Part shown: piece by piece, positions 26,623-54,160 of the stretch | How positions within the stretch are numbered: position 1 is the first letter of the stretch | How the letters are laid out: the number at the start of each line of letters is the position of its first letter | Assembly (NCBI GenBank): GCA_963693365.1 | Contig: CAVNZM010000007.1 | Location: 10,847,962-10,911,961 of the forward strand | DNA: 64,000 bases | DNA from: Amoebidium appalachense | Lineage: Eukaryota > Protista > Ichthyosporea | Direction: 5' to 3' | Position numbers and translations under genes: made by a program | Notes under the pieces: model-generated | Told to the model about the DNA's origin: nothing | Database searches by the model: none | What the model saw: only the letters and a program-made list of their open reading frames with translations

Positions 26623-28630
26623 TGTTTCCAGTGTGTTGTGTGTTTGGGCACAGGTCGACAGGCAGACCTAGGGACTGATAACCGTCACACGTGAGGAAAA
26701 AAATTCGTGCAGACAAATGAATTTCTTCCTATTTGGAACCTTATTATGAGACGTTCGGATAGAGGGAGAACTTCGCACTTCAAGATAGACGCAAATGTTT
26801 AATTCTGAACCAGGAGCACAGGTGTGTAGTCGAAGGCTTTTTACCCCTGCGGGGCATGCACGTATGCACGATTTAGCTACTTCAGTCAAATGTAAGCCTT
26901 TTGGAAATGTAAATGGATAGTGGAGTAATAGTCATTTCGTATCAATGGTACGTACAGAAGCATGGCATGATGGCACAGTAAAAAACCATCTGTGATGGCG
27001 CACGCTGCAACTCGGCCCTTCTAATCCCACTTTGTGTTACACCTTTCGCCCCTACCCTGTTCTGTAGTGAAAGGAACATTTTGGATCCTTCGGGAATACA
27101 CGTGTACGCCATGTGAACAATATGCGGCGCAACATGATGACATTGTGTTTACATAATTAGACCATTCCGATTGGCTTTCCCGCCGAGTTTCGAAAAACAC
27201 TTATCCAATCAAAAAATGCCCGGCGGATTCTCCGGTTTACAGCGCTTGAAATTGCTGGCCCATGATAGGTCATCCAAGTCAGAGCATGTCTTGTGTCTTT
27301 GACGGCTTTATTGTAGAAACCGATATCTGTTAATCTGAAATTTTGAATGACATTTTTAGTATACTCTGTGGAATTTTATCTATTTGATTATTACGTGCGT
27401 GAGCGTAGACCGTGGATTTAATACTGGACAAGAATGAAGACAACTGTTACAAAGACTGATTCGTACCCTGGTTCCAGCAAGAATCTGATTGGATATCTTT
27501 TACGCTTCATACTTCGTCTCAGGGTGTGAAATCACTTTTGGCCGGTACCATTTTAGCACCTTTTCCTCTGCCTGAATCGTCCTAATATAGCCATCAGCGG
27601 TTTTTGGAGAGTAATTATTATGGAATTGAATATATTAAGGTCGCTGGTGGAAAATTGATTGATATAGCCTGAAAAGCCAGCCCTGGGACGTTTTTCGAGG
27701 TTTCAGGGACAATTCTGTGACCATAAACCCAATAATTTCAAACTTTAAAGCCTGCTTCGTCCTGGTGTCGGTCATTTGATTGGCTTAGCCTCCCGGTCAT
27801 AGAAGCCAGATCGCCAGCGACATTATTGGCCTACACGCGAAGTACTGGCGTCTAGACTCTAGAGGATGGCACGTCATGTTTACTGCACAGATATCCTAAA
27901 TGTTGCATGAATATAGTGACTTTCATATGCACTAAATCGCATTTGATAGCCATTTAAGCGTTACAGCCGAAACGCATGCATGCACATGCCGCGACTGAAT
28001 ATTCCGACTGTGGTGCTCCAAATTTATCGACGTGTTACGTCACGTGTACGACCGGTCGGTATCCGGAATTTCATTGTGTGGTCATGGATACCACATTGTA
28101 TCAACCAAGTTTAGCCCCTTAAAGTTGATAAAAAAAAAATCATTCAATATGGTTTTTTTCTTGAAGTCTCTTTCTATGAGACGGTGCTTCGAGGTGACAA
28201 TGCCTGCAGCGAACGCGACCCATACGGTACATGGGCAGACAAGGTATTAAAAGTTTCACACCCTGGTCTTGGCGGGTCCTCTAGCCAAGTGGAGACCGGA
28301 AATATCACAGCCACGATCTTGGCGCTCTGAGATTATACGTCAGAAACCAATCATATGAGTTGACGGCACAGTGTGTCGCATACCAGATGTGTGACAAGGC
28401 CTCAGCACCGCCGCAATGTTCCGCCAGTCAGACACAGAGTGTCGACCGTCTGACTGTGCAGCTGAGGCTTTGGTTATATCCTTCAGGACTGCTATACACA
28501 ACTGGTCTGAATACACACCGCATGCACCGGCGGTCCGGCACCCACAGGCATAACGGAAATAGCTGCAGGAGGTTTATCGCGCAAAAGCAAGCACACCAGT
28601 TTCGTTGAAAAGCTGCTGCCACACGCGAAG

Positions 28631-29002
28631 ATGCATTGGCTAAAGAAGACGTTTTTTGCGGTGCTGCTGTGTGCCGTGTCCTTCACAACCGTTGCTGCGA
28701 AGGCTGTTGCCGCGCACATCGAAGAAGCTGCTATGCCTGAGGCAACCCCTGTTTACGAGGGCGAACCGGTGCACTACGACGCACGGCGCTCCATTGCCGA
28801 CGCGCTTGTCCTCACGGGAGGTAGGCAGGTGCCCATGGCTGGCGTCTACGTCAGCACACAGCAGGGCAGCAGTACGGCCGTGCAGACCGCCGGGTTTGTG
28901 GCGCTGGTGGGCCTGATAGCCCTGGCTGCAGCCTGGTCAAACCGCAGGCTGCAAAGAACCGGCCCACTATCCCGCGCGCAGCCCGTGCACCTGGCAGCAT
29001 AG
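28631..29002 (+). CDS. Hypothetical 123-aa single-pass protein (signal peptide plus C-terminal TM helix)
   Basis: ATG-started non-repetitive ORF with signal-like KKTFFAVLLCAVSFTTVAA, TM segment GFVALVGLIALAAAW and a basic tail. No family recognised. Confidence 0.6.
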   Translation: MHWLKKTFFAVLLCAVSFTTVAAKAVAAHIEEAAMPEATPVYEGEPVHYDARRSIADALVLTGGRQVPMAGVYVSTQQGSSTAVQTAGFVALVGLIALAAAWSNRRLQRTGPLSRAQPVHLAA

Positions 29003-29621
29003 ACCAAGGCCAACACTCCTTCCCGTCAGGCGACGAGACGGAGGAAGCGACACATCCACTGTACAGATAGAGAGGGCCAGCGGCCTACATATGTATTTAG
29101 AGCATGAAAAGGCTGGGAGTGGACGTCAGGCGACTCCCCTCCAGCAGAGAGACATACAGTTGACAGTAAACCCGGCTTGTAGCCGGCAGCACAGACAGCA
29201 ACTTTGATGTTTCACGTGTGAGCGCAGGTGATGCTTCGTTGACGACACTAAAGTTGCTCGAGTCCTGCAGGGATCTCCAGTAGGACAACTCTTGACCAGG
29301 GCCTGTGTATCCAGGTGTGTTTTCAACTGTTGTTATTGTTACATAGTTATATATACATGCAGGCCTGTTAGAGGCGCAGAAGTGCAAACACTGAGTTTCT
29401 GTTGAGATTAAGGGTACATCTGTTCTGTGCTATGTAACATGTAGAGATGCCTTGTGTTCATAAACCCTGCCAAAGAGGCAACAATGTGCATACGCATTAA
29501 GTTACGTTGTTCCCACTCCTCTCGAAACCCATGCTTGCTCGAAAGACCTGCTTTGGCGGTGAACTTGGCAACCACCACCAGTGTGCATGGGCGACTTGCC
29601 CGCCCGCCCCTCCCCCCGTCT

Positions 29622-29662
<41 letters not shown>

Positions 29663-29663
<1 letters not shown>

Positions 29664-29782
29664 TGGCCGCCCCCTGAAGGATGGGCTCCACTTTGTTATG
29701 CATAGTCTTTGTATGTGCTATGCTTGCAAAGGTGTTGTCCGTCATGAATTGTGTACTTTGCACACTATCATGCATGGTCAAA
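29663..29782 (+). mobile_element. Diverged 3' fragment of poly(C)-associated repeat
   Basis: CCCCCTGAAGGATGGGCTC...TTATGCATAGTCTTTGTATG...TGTGTACTTTG, between C-runs. Confidence 0.6.
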
Positions 29783-29898
29783 CCCCCCCCCCCCCCCCTC
29801 CATCTCTCTCTCTCTTCCCCTCAATCTCTCTACCTCCCTGTTTTCTGCTCCGGTATCACCGATTTCTGTTCCAAATGCAGACTGCATTTTGCATCTGC

Positions 29899-29937
<39 letters not shown>

Positions 29938-30747
29938 TTCCCCGCCCCACCCTCCCCCCCACTCACAACCCAACCCCGGATTACTTATGATGCAAACCCT
30001 GATGTTGGGTATTGATGAGGCTCTGCTTGAGGTGCATTCTCCTATTGTGCATACTTTATGTTTAACATTAAAAGTGAAAACATCTACGACTACGGTATGC
30101 TTTGTTGTTATCGGTTATGTTTCGTCCCCTCACCCCTCCACACACCAAACACCCAGTGTCATCCACACCGGTATCCAACACACACTCCACTTTTTGTCTA
30201 GGCCTCGGATCCTAATAAACTACTCCTTTTTCTGGGCAAAACCCAAGTCCCCCGTTTTTGGCCCATTCTGAAGGCCTTACAAAGACTGCAATTGCCAGAT
30301 CCGCCTGCACGTGTTGGGAACATCACAAGAACCCCGCGTGAGCTGCCCCCACTCTCCCGTCCCCCCCCCCCCCCCCCCCCAAACACACACACGCTGCCAC
30401 ACCTTCCCCTTTTCTCAAATTGAAACCCCTGCCTTCACCTTTCGGTCGACCCTCTATGGTATTTGGAGGTTTTGGGTTGAACTTGCGAAGTTCCCAACCT
30501 CCAGTCGATCCCCGTGACCCAGTCCGCAAATTACTCGGGTAGGTTTTTTATCATGTCGGGAGTGTCCGGCTCCGTGCACGTGCACCGTTTTAGTTTTTCC
30601 TCATCATAAAGCTCTTTACCCACATGCCTCTGCTACCCTTCCCTTTGTCGCCCTTCGAGGCCACTATGATCAATCCGATGGCCTGACCGTCCCACCGCCA
30701 ACACCCTCACTGTGCGCATGCAGTGCCTTGCAAAGCTCAGTTTTGGC

Positions 30748-30780
30748 CCACGGCCATCTAGAGTCTCTAGATGGCCGTGG
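30748..30780. repeat. Perfect palindrome, 16-bp arms with 1-nt spacer
   Basis: CCACGGCCATCTAGAG-T-CTCTAGATGGCCGTGG. Confidence 0.95.
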
Positions 30781-31222
30781 TTTTGGCCCCAAGTTTCAGT
30801 CTGTTCCCGCGCAAATGGTTGCTCGGCCAATCAACATTTGCGGCTTCTGATATACACCAGTTCGCAACCAAACTCCAAAAGTCTTAGGATAACCATAAAA
30901 GGTTCGTTGGTATGATCTGATTGGTTGTGTTTTCCGGTTTACGGTTTACGGTTGAGATTGGGCCGGAACACTAATGTACAGCCAATAAAAGACAGTTTAA
31001 GCCTGATTTCACCTAGAGAACAGGTTTTTGCCAACAAGCAAAAATTGTTGGAAATAAAAAAACGCGCAATATTGATATACGGAGTCGCAATGGTCCGACG
31101 CGTCCTTCATCGACGAAAACGGCCGTCCCTTGGGCTGATCGTCTAAGACAAAATCAGCGTTGTTGATTGTTTTGACCAGGAAATAAGCGCCGGACACCCC
31201 ATGTTGCTTATATAAAGAATAT

Positions 31223-33955
31223 AGCGTGCTATCCCTTTAGCAAGGTATGTCCAAAGTCACACTTTGCGGTTCCCTCAAATATCCCATGCCCACAACACCG
31301 ACTGGGGAGTGGCCTTTTGGCCATCAACCATGTCAAAACTCTCTCTCCCTCCTAACCTCTCTAGGTCATCTGACCACTCTCCTATCCTTTTCCTACCTAA
31401 GATCTCCCTTGATCTGCTCCCCCCTCCTCCTCCCACCTTTCGCCTCCGTCTATCCCAGCTTAAGTCACAGTGGGGTAGAGTCGATGTATGTGTATGCTAT
31501 GCTACGAAACACCCTATATATATGCGCCTATTAGAATCTGCACAAGCCAGGCCAGATTCACATCTCGTACTAGATACATGCACTAACTTTATTGTTGATG
31601 ATTTGATAGATCTCGGTGATTATGCTGGCGGTGGTAGGAAGGAATATCCCGATGCTCTCTTGTTACCAAACACCACTCCCGCTAGACTAGGTGAACCCCT
31701 GTCTCAAAAGGAAAGCTTGCGCCGGCTTGCTAGTATGAATCGATTTGGCCCCCCTGCTCGTATTATTGGTGATACCACTGGAGACCCCCTCATAGACTCT
31801 GATAAGTATTTCTCGGAACTGTTTAAAGATAGGACCCCCGCTCAGAAACCTATTGTGTGGCCTGTAGACCCATCTATCCCCATAGAATCGATCCTCCCCT
31901 TTTTCAGTCCCGATGCCATATGGTCTGTGATATCTAGTTATAGCTCTAGTAAGTCTTGTGGACCTGATGGACTCCCTGCTGGGTTTCTTAAAATCCTTGT
32001 TCCCTCCTACCCACAAAAGGAAAGTGATCGTGCTATTAAACCTGATCTTACTATCATGTTAAGCTCTCTCTTTTCTTGGTGTGTTAAATGTGGACATGTC
32101 CCGTCATCTTGGTTAGATACCTTAGTGATCCCCATAGTTAAGAAGGACTCTGAGGGCCCCATATCATCCTTTCGCCCCATTACACTAACCCAGGTTGTTC
32201 GTAGATTCTTTGAAGCTTGCTTACTTAGGTTATTTGCACATCACCCTAGGTTTCAATCTATTCTTCACATACACCCATGCCAATCCGCTTTTCGTAAAAA
32301 CAATTCATGTTATGTTCAAATAATGGCACTGCACGATTCTATGCAAGTTGGTGCACAATATGTTGGCTTTATTGATTGGAAAACTGCTTACGATTCTGTC
32401 TCCCCTGGTCTCCTATGGGAAAAGCTTGCTGCACGGGGTGTACCACACTGCATTGGTGTTTTGTTAGAAGCACTCTTGTCTCAAACCTATGGTAGAGCTG
32501 TGGTTAATGGGCATCTTTCATATGGTTTTGCTCGTACTAGAGGTCTCTTGCAGGGTTCATTGCTTAGCCCCTTTTTGTTTAACCTATTTATAGATGATTT
32601 GGCTGTCAAGATTTACGCCGAAAACGATGACCCTATTAATAACTTTCCGCCTGCACTTCTCTATGCTGATGATCTGTCCCTCCTTGCCCGTACCCCTAGA
32701 CGCCTGCAAAGATTGTTCGATGTAGTGTCAGAGTGGTGCAAGGCAAACCTTATGATCCTTAACATAGACAAATGTGGTGTTCTTGTACCTGATATAGCTA
32801 ACAATTTACACACATTTACATTATCATCTAAACCTGTACCTATAGTTCCAGAATACAAATATCTTGGTGTTCCGGTTGATTCTGTTGGTGTTATGTTTCC
32901 CCATATGGTCGAAAAGAGGGTAGAGTTGGCTCGTAAGCGGTTAGCTTTCTTCTCGGCTAATATTTTTAAAGACACACCCCTCCATCCTTCTATTAGACTT
33001 ACATTTATTCGCACTTTTGTCTTCCCGGCATGTGAATATGGTTTACCCCTTCTCGCCGCTTGGATCAAGAAAGAGAGAACTAGAGCGCTTAAACCCCTGG
33101 CAAATTTCCTTGAAGCAGAAGTTGCCTCCTTTCTATCTAACAACTGTTGTAAACCTGGGCCTGTAACGCTCTCGATATATGGTCTGGTCCCAATAGCTGC
33201 TAGAGTATCCTATCTCGCGCTGAAATTCAATAAGCACATAAGCCGCTTAAAGAAGTATTTGCCCTCCCACCCTCTCTTCTCTATCCGACCTGTCCCCTCC
33301 TCACCTCTCCCCTCTTTCCTCCCCTCTCTCTCCCCTTCTCCCCTGGGCACAAATACAAATAAACCCCGCAATAGTGTGTGTGTGACTTTGGACTGCCACT
33401 TACTTGTTAAACATGTACACAATCACAAGATAATCACGCAATATAACAAATGGAAAAAGATACCACACGACACTAGACCCGATGAAAGCATACACCTTGA
33501 AAAACTAAGCCTTATGTCTCGTTTTATATATACTGACCGCCTCAACCATATTGCCAAATATGGCACTCGCAAGTGTATAACACCTAAACACATATTACCT
33601 TCCTGTAGAACTGGTCTTTCTCTAGCTGATGGTATTATTGATCAATTACCACGCTTTTACTGTACACGTGCTATACAGTGGAGATCTAATAAGTATAAGG
33701 TGGCATCATTTGCATGCCCAAACAACACACACACACACCAGTTTAACCGGTCATGTATCGCCAAATGTAGTTTGATAGACCACATAATACCGCAACACAC
33801 ACACGTCACATTCACAACAGACACCCAGAAAGATAGCCTACCTGTAAATTACAACATCCTTGATTTTATACTAAACACGCGTAACTACGACCTGTTTATT
33901 AGATGTATTGATTGGCTTGAGAAACACATCACTACAAAATTATAGCGCACGCGCA

Positions 33956-34020
<65 letters not shown>

Positions 34021-34052
34021 CCAGCTGATACCGAGTGTCCCGAGGGGAGCCC

Positions 34053-34098
<46 letters not shown>

Positions 34099-34291
34099 GG
34101 GGAACCCCAACTAATTGATTTCTCCTTGTAGTCTTTATGGTGTCTCGTAGAGAAAGTAAACCCTGATATATAGTCACCACCCGACATCTATGTACGTGAT
34201 CATGATATACCGCTGAGGGGATATTCCGAGCAAAACCCCCCCCCATACCTGAGACTGGTTCTCTTTGCCTCGAGTAAACAGCGTAAACCCC
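31223..34291 (+). mobile_element. 5'-truncated non-LTR retrotransposon (LINE, APE-type) with candidate 10-bp TSD TAAAGAATAT (31213-31222 / 34292-34301)
   Basis: The RT frame stays open back to 31225, right at the left TSD. The 3' region contains (CA)n, poly(A) and a ~190-bp module also found at about 49350-49545. Confidence 0.75.
31225..33945 (+). CDS. LINE ORF2: C-terminal remnant of AP endonuclease, reverse transcriptase and Cys-rich C-terminus (5'-incomplete)
   Basis: SDHSPI (APE end motif), SCGPDGL, FRPITLT, QSAFR, FIDWKTAYDSV, GLLQGSLLSPFLFNLFIDDL, LYADD, YKYLGV and CPNNTHTHQFNRSCIAKC. Confidence 0.95.
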   Translation, partial: RAIPLARYVQSHTLRFPQISHAHNTDWGVAFWPSTMSKLSLPPNLSRSSDHSPILFLPKISLDLLPPPPPTFRLRLSQLKSQWGRVDVCVCYATKHPIYMRLLESAQARPDSHLVLDTCTNFIVDDLIDLGDYAGGGRKEYPDALLLPNTTPARLGEPLSQKESLRRLASMNRFGPPARIIGDTTGDPLIDSDKYFSELFKDRTPAQKPIVWPVDPSIPIESILPFFSPDAIWSVISSYSSSKSCGPDGLPAGFLKILVPSYPQKESDRAIKPDLTIMLSSLFSWCVKCGHVPSSWLDTLVIPIVKKDSEGPISSFRPITLTQVVRRFFEACLLRLFAHHPRFQSILHIHPCQSAFRKNNSCYVQIMALHDSMQVGAQYVGFIDWKTAYDSVSPGLLWEKLAARGVPHCIGVLLEALLSQTYGRAVVNGHLSYGFARTRGLLQGSLLSPFLFNLFIDDLAVKIYAENDDPINNFPPALLYADDLSLLARTPRRLQRLFDVVSEWCKANLMILNIDKCGVLVPDIANNLHTFTLSSKPVPIVPEYKYLGVPVDSVGVMFPHMVEKRVELARKRLAFFSANIFKDTPLHPSIRLTFIRTFVFPACEYGLPLLAAWIKKERTRALKPLANFLEAEVASFLSNNCCKPGPVTLSIYGLVPIAARVSYLALKFNKHISRLKKYLPSHPLFSIRPVPSSPLPSFLPSLSPSPLGTNTNKPRNSVCVTLDCHLLVKHVHNHKIITQYNKWKKIPHDTRPDESIHLEKLSLMSRFIYTDRLNHIAKYGTRKCITPKHILPSCRTGLSLADGIIDQLPRFYCTRAIQWRSNKYKVASFACPNNTHTHQFNRSCIAKCSLIDHIIPQHTHVTFTTDTQKDSLPVNYNILDFILNTRNYDLFIRCIDWLEKHITTKL

Positions 34292-36072
34292 TAAAGAATA
34301 TGTGTCGCTTCGTTTGCCAAGTTATTAATTAGGCGGCCAAAGCCTCTTTTCTATTCATATTTTGGACTTTAAAGTCCTTATGTAGTTTTTGGGCGATAGC
34401 CATTGAGACACGTAAAATTTGCCGCGGCTCATTTTGAAGCGAGGCAAACAGATTCGAACCACTGCTTAGTGATTGCGACTCGTGTATACAGACGATCGCA
34501 AACATCATGCAAACATCATCACAAACACTGCCTGAGTCTAGGACTGTGTGAACGGAGTGTGCTACTGAGCAAATATTAGCATACAAAGCAGTGACCCAGA
34601 GTATAAACGTAACCCATCCACATACAAAAACTGTTGGCTACAAAGGTTGCACTGGCACCCACCCAGCCAGCTATTATCTTGCGCTGTTGCTGTGTAGGTG
34701 TTTCCTTGCTGGTTGGCACCTCGAGTAGCGCCACGACCCTGTGAGCATAGCTTGCGCAACTTGCAGTGGTGGCTTTGGTAAGCACGGCATATGGACTGCG
34801 TAACATTCATGTACACCGTACTAGCGAGTATAGTATAGCAGGTGGGTGGATAACTGTGGCTTGCCGTACCATGATGCATACGAACCTTCATCACATGACT
34901 TTCTTCAGTTCACTCCTATTTGCCCCTGCTGGCACGTACTCTTTTGTTGTGCCTTCCTCCCTCACCCACCATACCTCCCACCTTGCGTTTCCAGGTTCAT
35001 ATAGTACTGGGTAGTGAAGTGCTCAGTCTTAGGTTAGTTTTCTGTTTAAGCACGTTGCAGGATCGGCCCGCTTCCCGCCCTTGTTCTCCCACCGAGGTTT
35101 TGTACCAAACCGCCGACAACTAACTACCACTTGAAAAACACAATAGTACCTCTCTCTCCCCACTTCCCCCCTTAGTGCAACTGACATGCAGAGTGGCTTG
35201 ATACGCCATATGCACACACGCGCCCGAGCTCACACACACACGAATACCGTGGCACAAACAGACACACAGGTGCAGGCATAGAGCTACACGGCGCCCTTCC
35301 ACCCTCGCACTCATACACACACAGCCAAGCACCAATCCACACATTTACATGTACACGCAGCTACACGGCCATGGACATACATCAATACGCAAGGACACAT
35401 CACCCACACACAAAAAACACACCCTCACAGGCACAGGGAGCACACTGTGTGTACACAAGTACGTGGGACCTGCACCACACTCACCTTCACCCACACCCAC
35501 GCACTCACCGCTCTCCTCCGCCCCATACACACCCCCACACGTCCACACACCTGTACCAGCACACACACACCAACACGCTCACACACACACAAGCACACTG
35601 CTAATGCACACACACAGGCAGGCACACACATGCACACCCAAGCACACCAACACCCGTACCCGCACCCACACCCACGACGTCCGCATGCCCGCACATACCC
35701 GCTGGCCCCCTCACCACTCGCGTAACCACACACAAATGCAGTGTTCATACACATGCACAGACACGTGCAAGCAAAATTTTGCACATTCGTACACATGATA
35801 TACGCACACAGGTACATGCACCACTGTGACACGCACACCCACACGCACAAGCATGCCTACACCTTCACACATACACCCCCCCCCTCCTCCCCTCTCCCCT
35901 CCCCCCTTCTCTCTGCATGTGAATCTCTCTCACAGACACACACACGCACACACACATGCCCCCCCCCCCCCCCCCCCCCACCCACCCACCCACCCAGCCC
36001 CCCCCCCCCCCCCCCCCCCCCCGCCCTCCTCCCCCCCCCCCCCCCCCCCCCCCCACACACACACACAGGACC

Positions 36073-40120
<4,048 letters not shown>

Positions 40121-42327
40121 GGATCGCGGTGCGCTTAGCGATTAGCTACAGATCAATAAAAACAGAATGCCGATACGTAAACAGCCAATCCAACATATCT
40201 TGTTGAGCAACGTAATTCCGGGGGTAACCATTGGGTCGCAGTCTGTCGCAGTTTTATCGTCATCTGTCGCAGAATCTTGCTGACGTCATCGGTCCCATGC
40301 GGGGAACGATCAGGATCGCTCTCGAGGAGAAAGTTCCAAGTCTTTTGGCCCTCCCTTAGTGTAGACCTGTGCTGCACGTGACTTTTATTGTGCTGCGCAC
40401 CTCTAAACTTAAGTTTACCAATAGTTACGTTGTTTTGTAAAGTTTTATAAATGTTCCTCCAATTGTTAAAATGTTCTAGCGTTTTAAAGGTTTCTGGCTA
40501 ATTGCCGTCTTTTTGGGCCAGTCACAGAGCCGCATATCGGACCAAATGTGGATCTATGCGCCTTTTTAGTCTGGGTTTGATCTTTCGAATTTGCGATTGG
40601 CTGTTCGACCTTGGGGTTTGCTCACCACACATCCACACACCCACACCGCACCTACACCACACCACACCTACAGGACCCGTGCCTGGTGTCTGGATGGAGT
40701 TGGTGTGGAGACACAGGCACTTTTGAATCCGTTTCTTGAATGATCTGTTGTGACGCGCGAGCATGCTCCGACTTCATGTTGGTGGCAGAGAATTTATGTG
40801 AGGTTTGTATTACTTTCTTGTTCTTAACCGCTGCACATTATTATATTGAGACCGCTAATAGTGCCTTAGAATACACCTGAAAGTGGCAAACTAAATAACA
40901 AATGACGAGTGTTATGATTAATAATTGCTGGGCAGGCATGGAAATATACAATCTAGATTTGTTGGTCTCTGGATGGGGATCATCGTGGCGGTCTCTCGTG
41001 TGTGCTACCTAGCACTCGTCTATTCTTGGATTGATGTTTTGTTTTTCATGGTTTTTTGGTAGGATTTTGTGGGTCGAAAGGAGAGAGAGAGAGAGAGAGT
41101 GTGTGTGTGTGTCTGTGTGTCTGTGTGTCTGTGTGTGTTTGTGGGGATGTGGGGATTCGAGTATTGCCAAACTATCGACATGCATACACACAAGGGCTGT
41201 GTGTTCTTAGAAATAAAGAATCAAGTACAACACGAAGTAATCAAATGTCATGTACGTGATCTGGCCGGTCGTGCCTTGTTCGCGGTACCTGTTTTTGTGT
41301 TTTTTTTTTTTTTTAATTTATAGAGGTAGGCACCCAGGGTTGCCATGCACAACCTCGAAAAAAGCTAGCCCCTTCCCTTTCTCCCCCTCCTCGGTTGTTC
41401 ATTTCGAAAGGTAAGGAGGGGGTTAGGTGTTGTGGGAGTGGGGAGGCCAGGAGGATTGTGGGGGGGGGGGGGAGGGGGGGGGGGGGGGGCAGGGGGGAGA
41501 GAGAGAGGAAGGGCGGGGAGGAAGGAGGCTGGAGAGGGGGGGGGGGGAGAGGGGGGGAGGAAGGGGGGGGGGGGGGGGGGGGAAGGCGGAGGCCCTTAGA
41601 TATCCAGGATGGCCCGTGCCCATGGCTGAAAGGCGAATCCGGCAAGCAATACCACCATGCATGGCCATGAACATGGTCCTCGTGCCATGTTCCGCACATT
41701 TTAATATTGCTGATTAGCGCTGTAGCACTGCATGCACATGGCACTCACAGGTTCCCCACGCTTGCAACTGCACATGTGAGGTGGCACATGCACGTAACTG
41801 ACCTCAGCAAAGTTTGCACGCTCCAACGGCACGTGCAAGGTTCCTATTGGCCGGACCTCCAAACGGTCCTATTGGCTGCGCACGCACCGTCTGCTTTTTT
41901 TTCGTTTCCGGGGGAATCCGGCCCCGTGGCCAGGATCAGACAGTGTGCTGTTCATGAAGCGCTGTTGTGCCTGGCCCTGGAGCTATCGGGCAAGTAGCAA
42001 CACTGTAGCATAGCCTAGTAACAGGCTGCTGTGTAGGTGTCCGAAAGAGGACACGCGTAGAAAGGGAGTGAATGCAGGGTTGCAAGGAGCACACATATAT
42101 AGGCACGGAGGGATCCGGACATGGACGCTGGCCCCACCCACACTACGCAAGCAGGCACACACGAACACACATAACTACATGGCCGCCACCTCACCAATAT
42201 TTCCGAAGATACGTGCACCTACGTGCGACCTCTGCACGCACAAACACGCACGAAAAGCTTAGCGCGGCAAAACATAGATCAAGCACCAACATATGCACGC
42301 ACACGGCAGCCGCCGCCCAGCAGACCC

Positions 42328-49847
<7,520 letters not shown>

Positions 49848-50714
49848 TGGTAGTATTGGCATTGGTAGGGGATGGGTGATGGGCCCATGCGCATACTTGC
49901 TTGGCCCAGCACATGCACACCCATATGGGGCATGATTCTTCCCTGTTGATGCCTACGGTGGTCACCCAGCATAAGCCATAGTGCACATAGATGTATCCCA
50001 TCCACTGCAGGCCGCACGAATGATGCAAACACAGCTCTGTATACTGAATGAATGGCATGTTGCTTACTGTATTGTACGTTGGCTTTGTTATTGAAAAGTG
50101 TTCAAGTCTTATGTTGATATCTAATTAATATGCTGCGCCAGGCAGCAGTCCTTCGAATATATGCTGGCCCGTGGCCCACACCCCGTCACCTATACAAGGC
50201 CGGGCATACACACATGAACAGCAAGAAACATGACAACATCCCCCCCCCCCCCCCCCCCCCCCCCCTCTCCCCCGCCCCGCCCGCCCCAGCATGTGCATTG
50301 CTGAAGTGTTAACACTGCGCCTGTCCAATCTCTACCCAAGGAAGCAACCACAAACACCCTCAACCATTCGTGCGCAATCACACCCATCCTATGCCGTCCA
50401 GCCACACCCCACCGCTGCATGTGCCCAATATTAGCCCCCACTACCGGCAAACATGGCAGCATGCTCGGTGCTGCTTGGCCGGCCACTCTGCGGCAAACGT
50501 GGCAGCCACGTTGCTCATCATAGCCGGTGCTCAACCCATCACCCGGTGGGCCGGCACCTGCTGTGGCCATGACGTCAGCTCTAGCAACCACCCATACGTG
50601 TGTGCATAGAATTATGCCCCTACCTACACCCTCCACACACTCTATCCCCTTCAACAATGCCTGCTCAACCGATGACCTTGCTGTTTGTGCCAATTCATAT
50701 ATGCACTGCAAATC

Positions 50715-54160
<3,446 letters not shown>

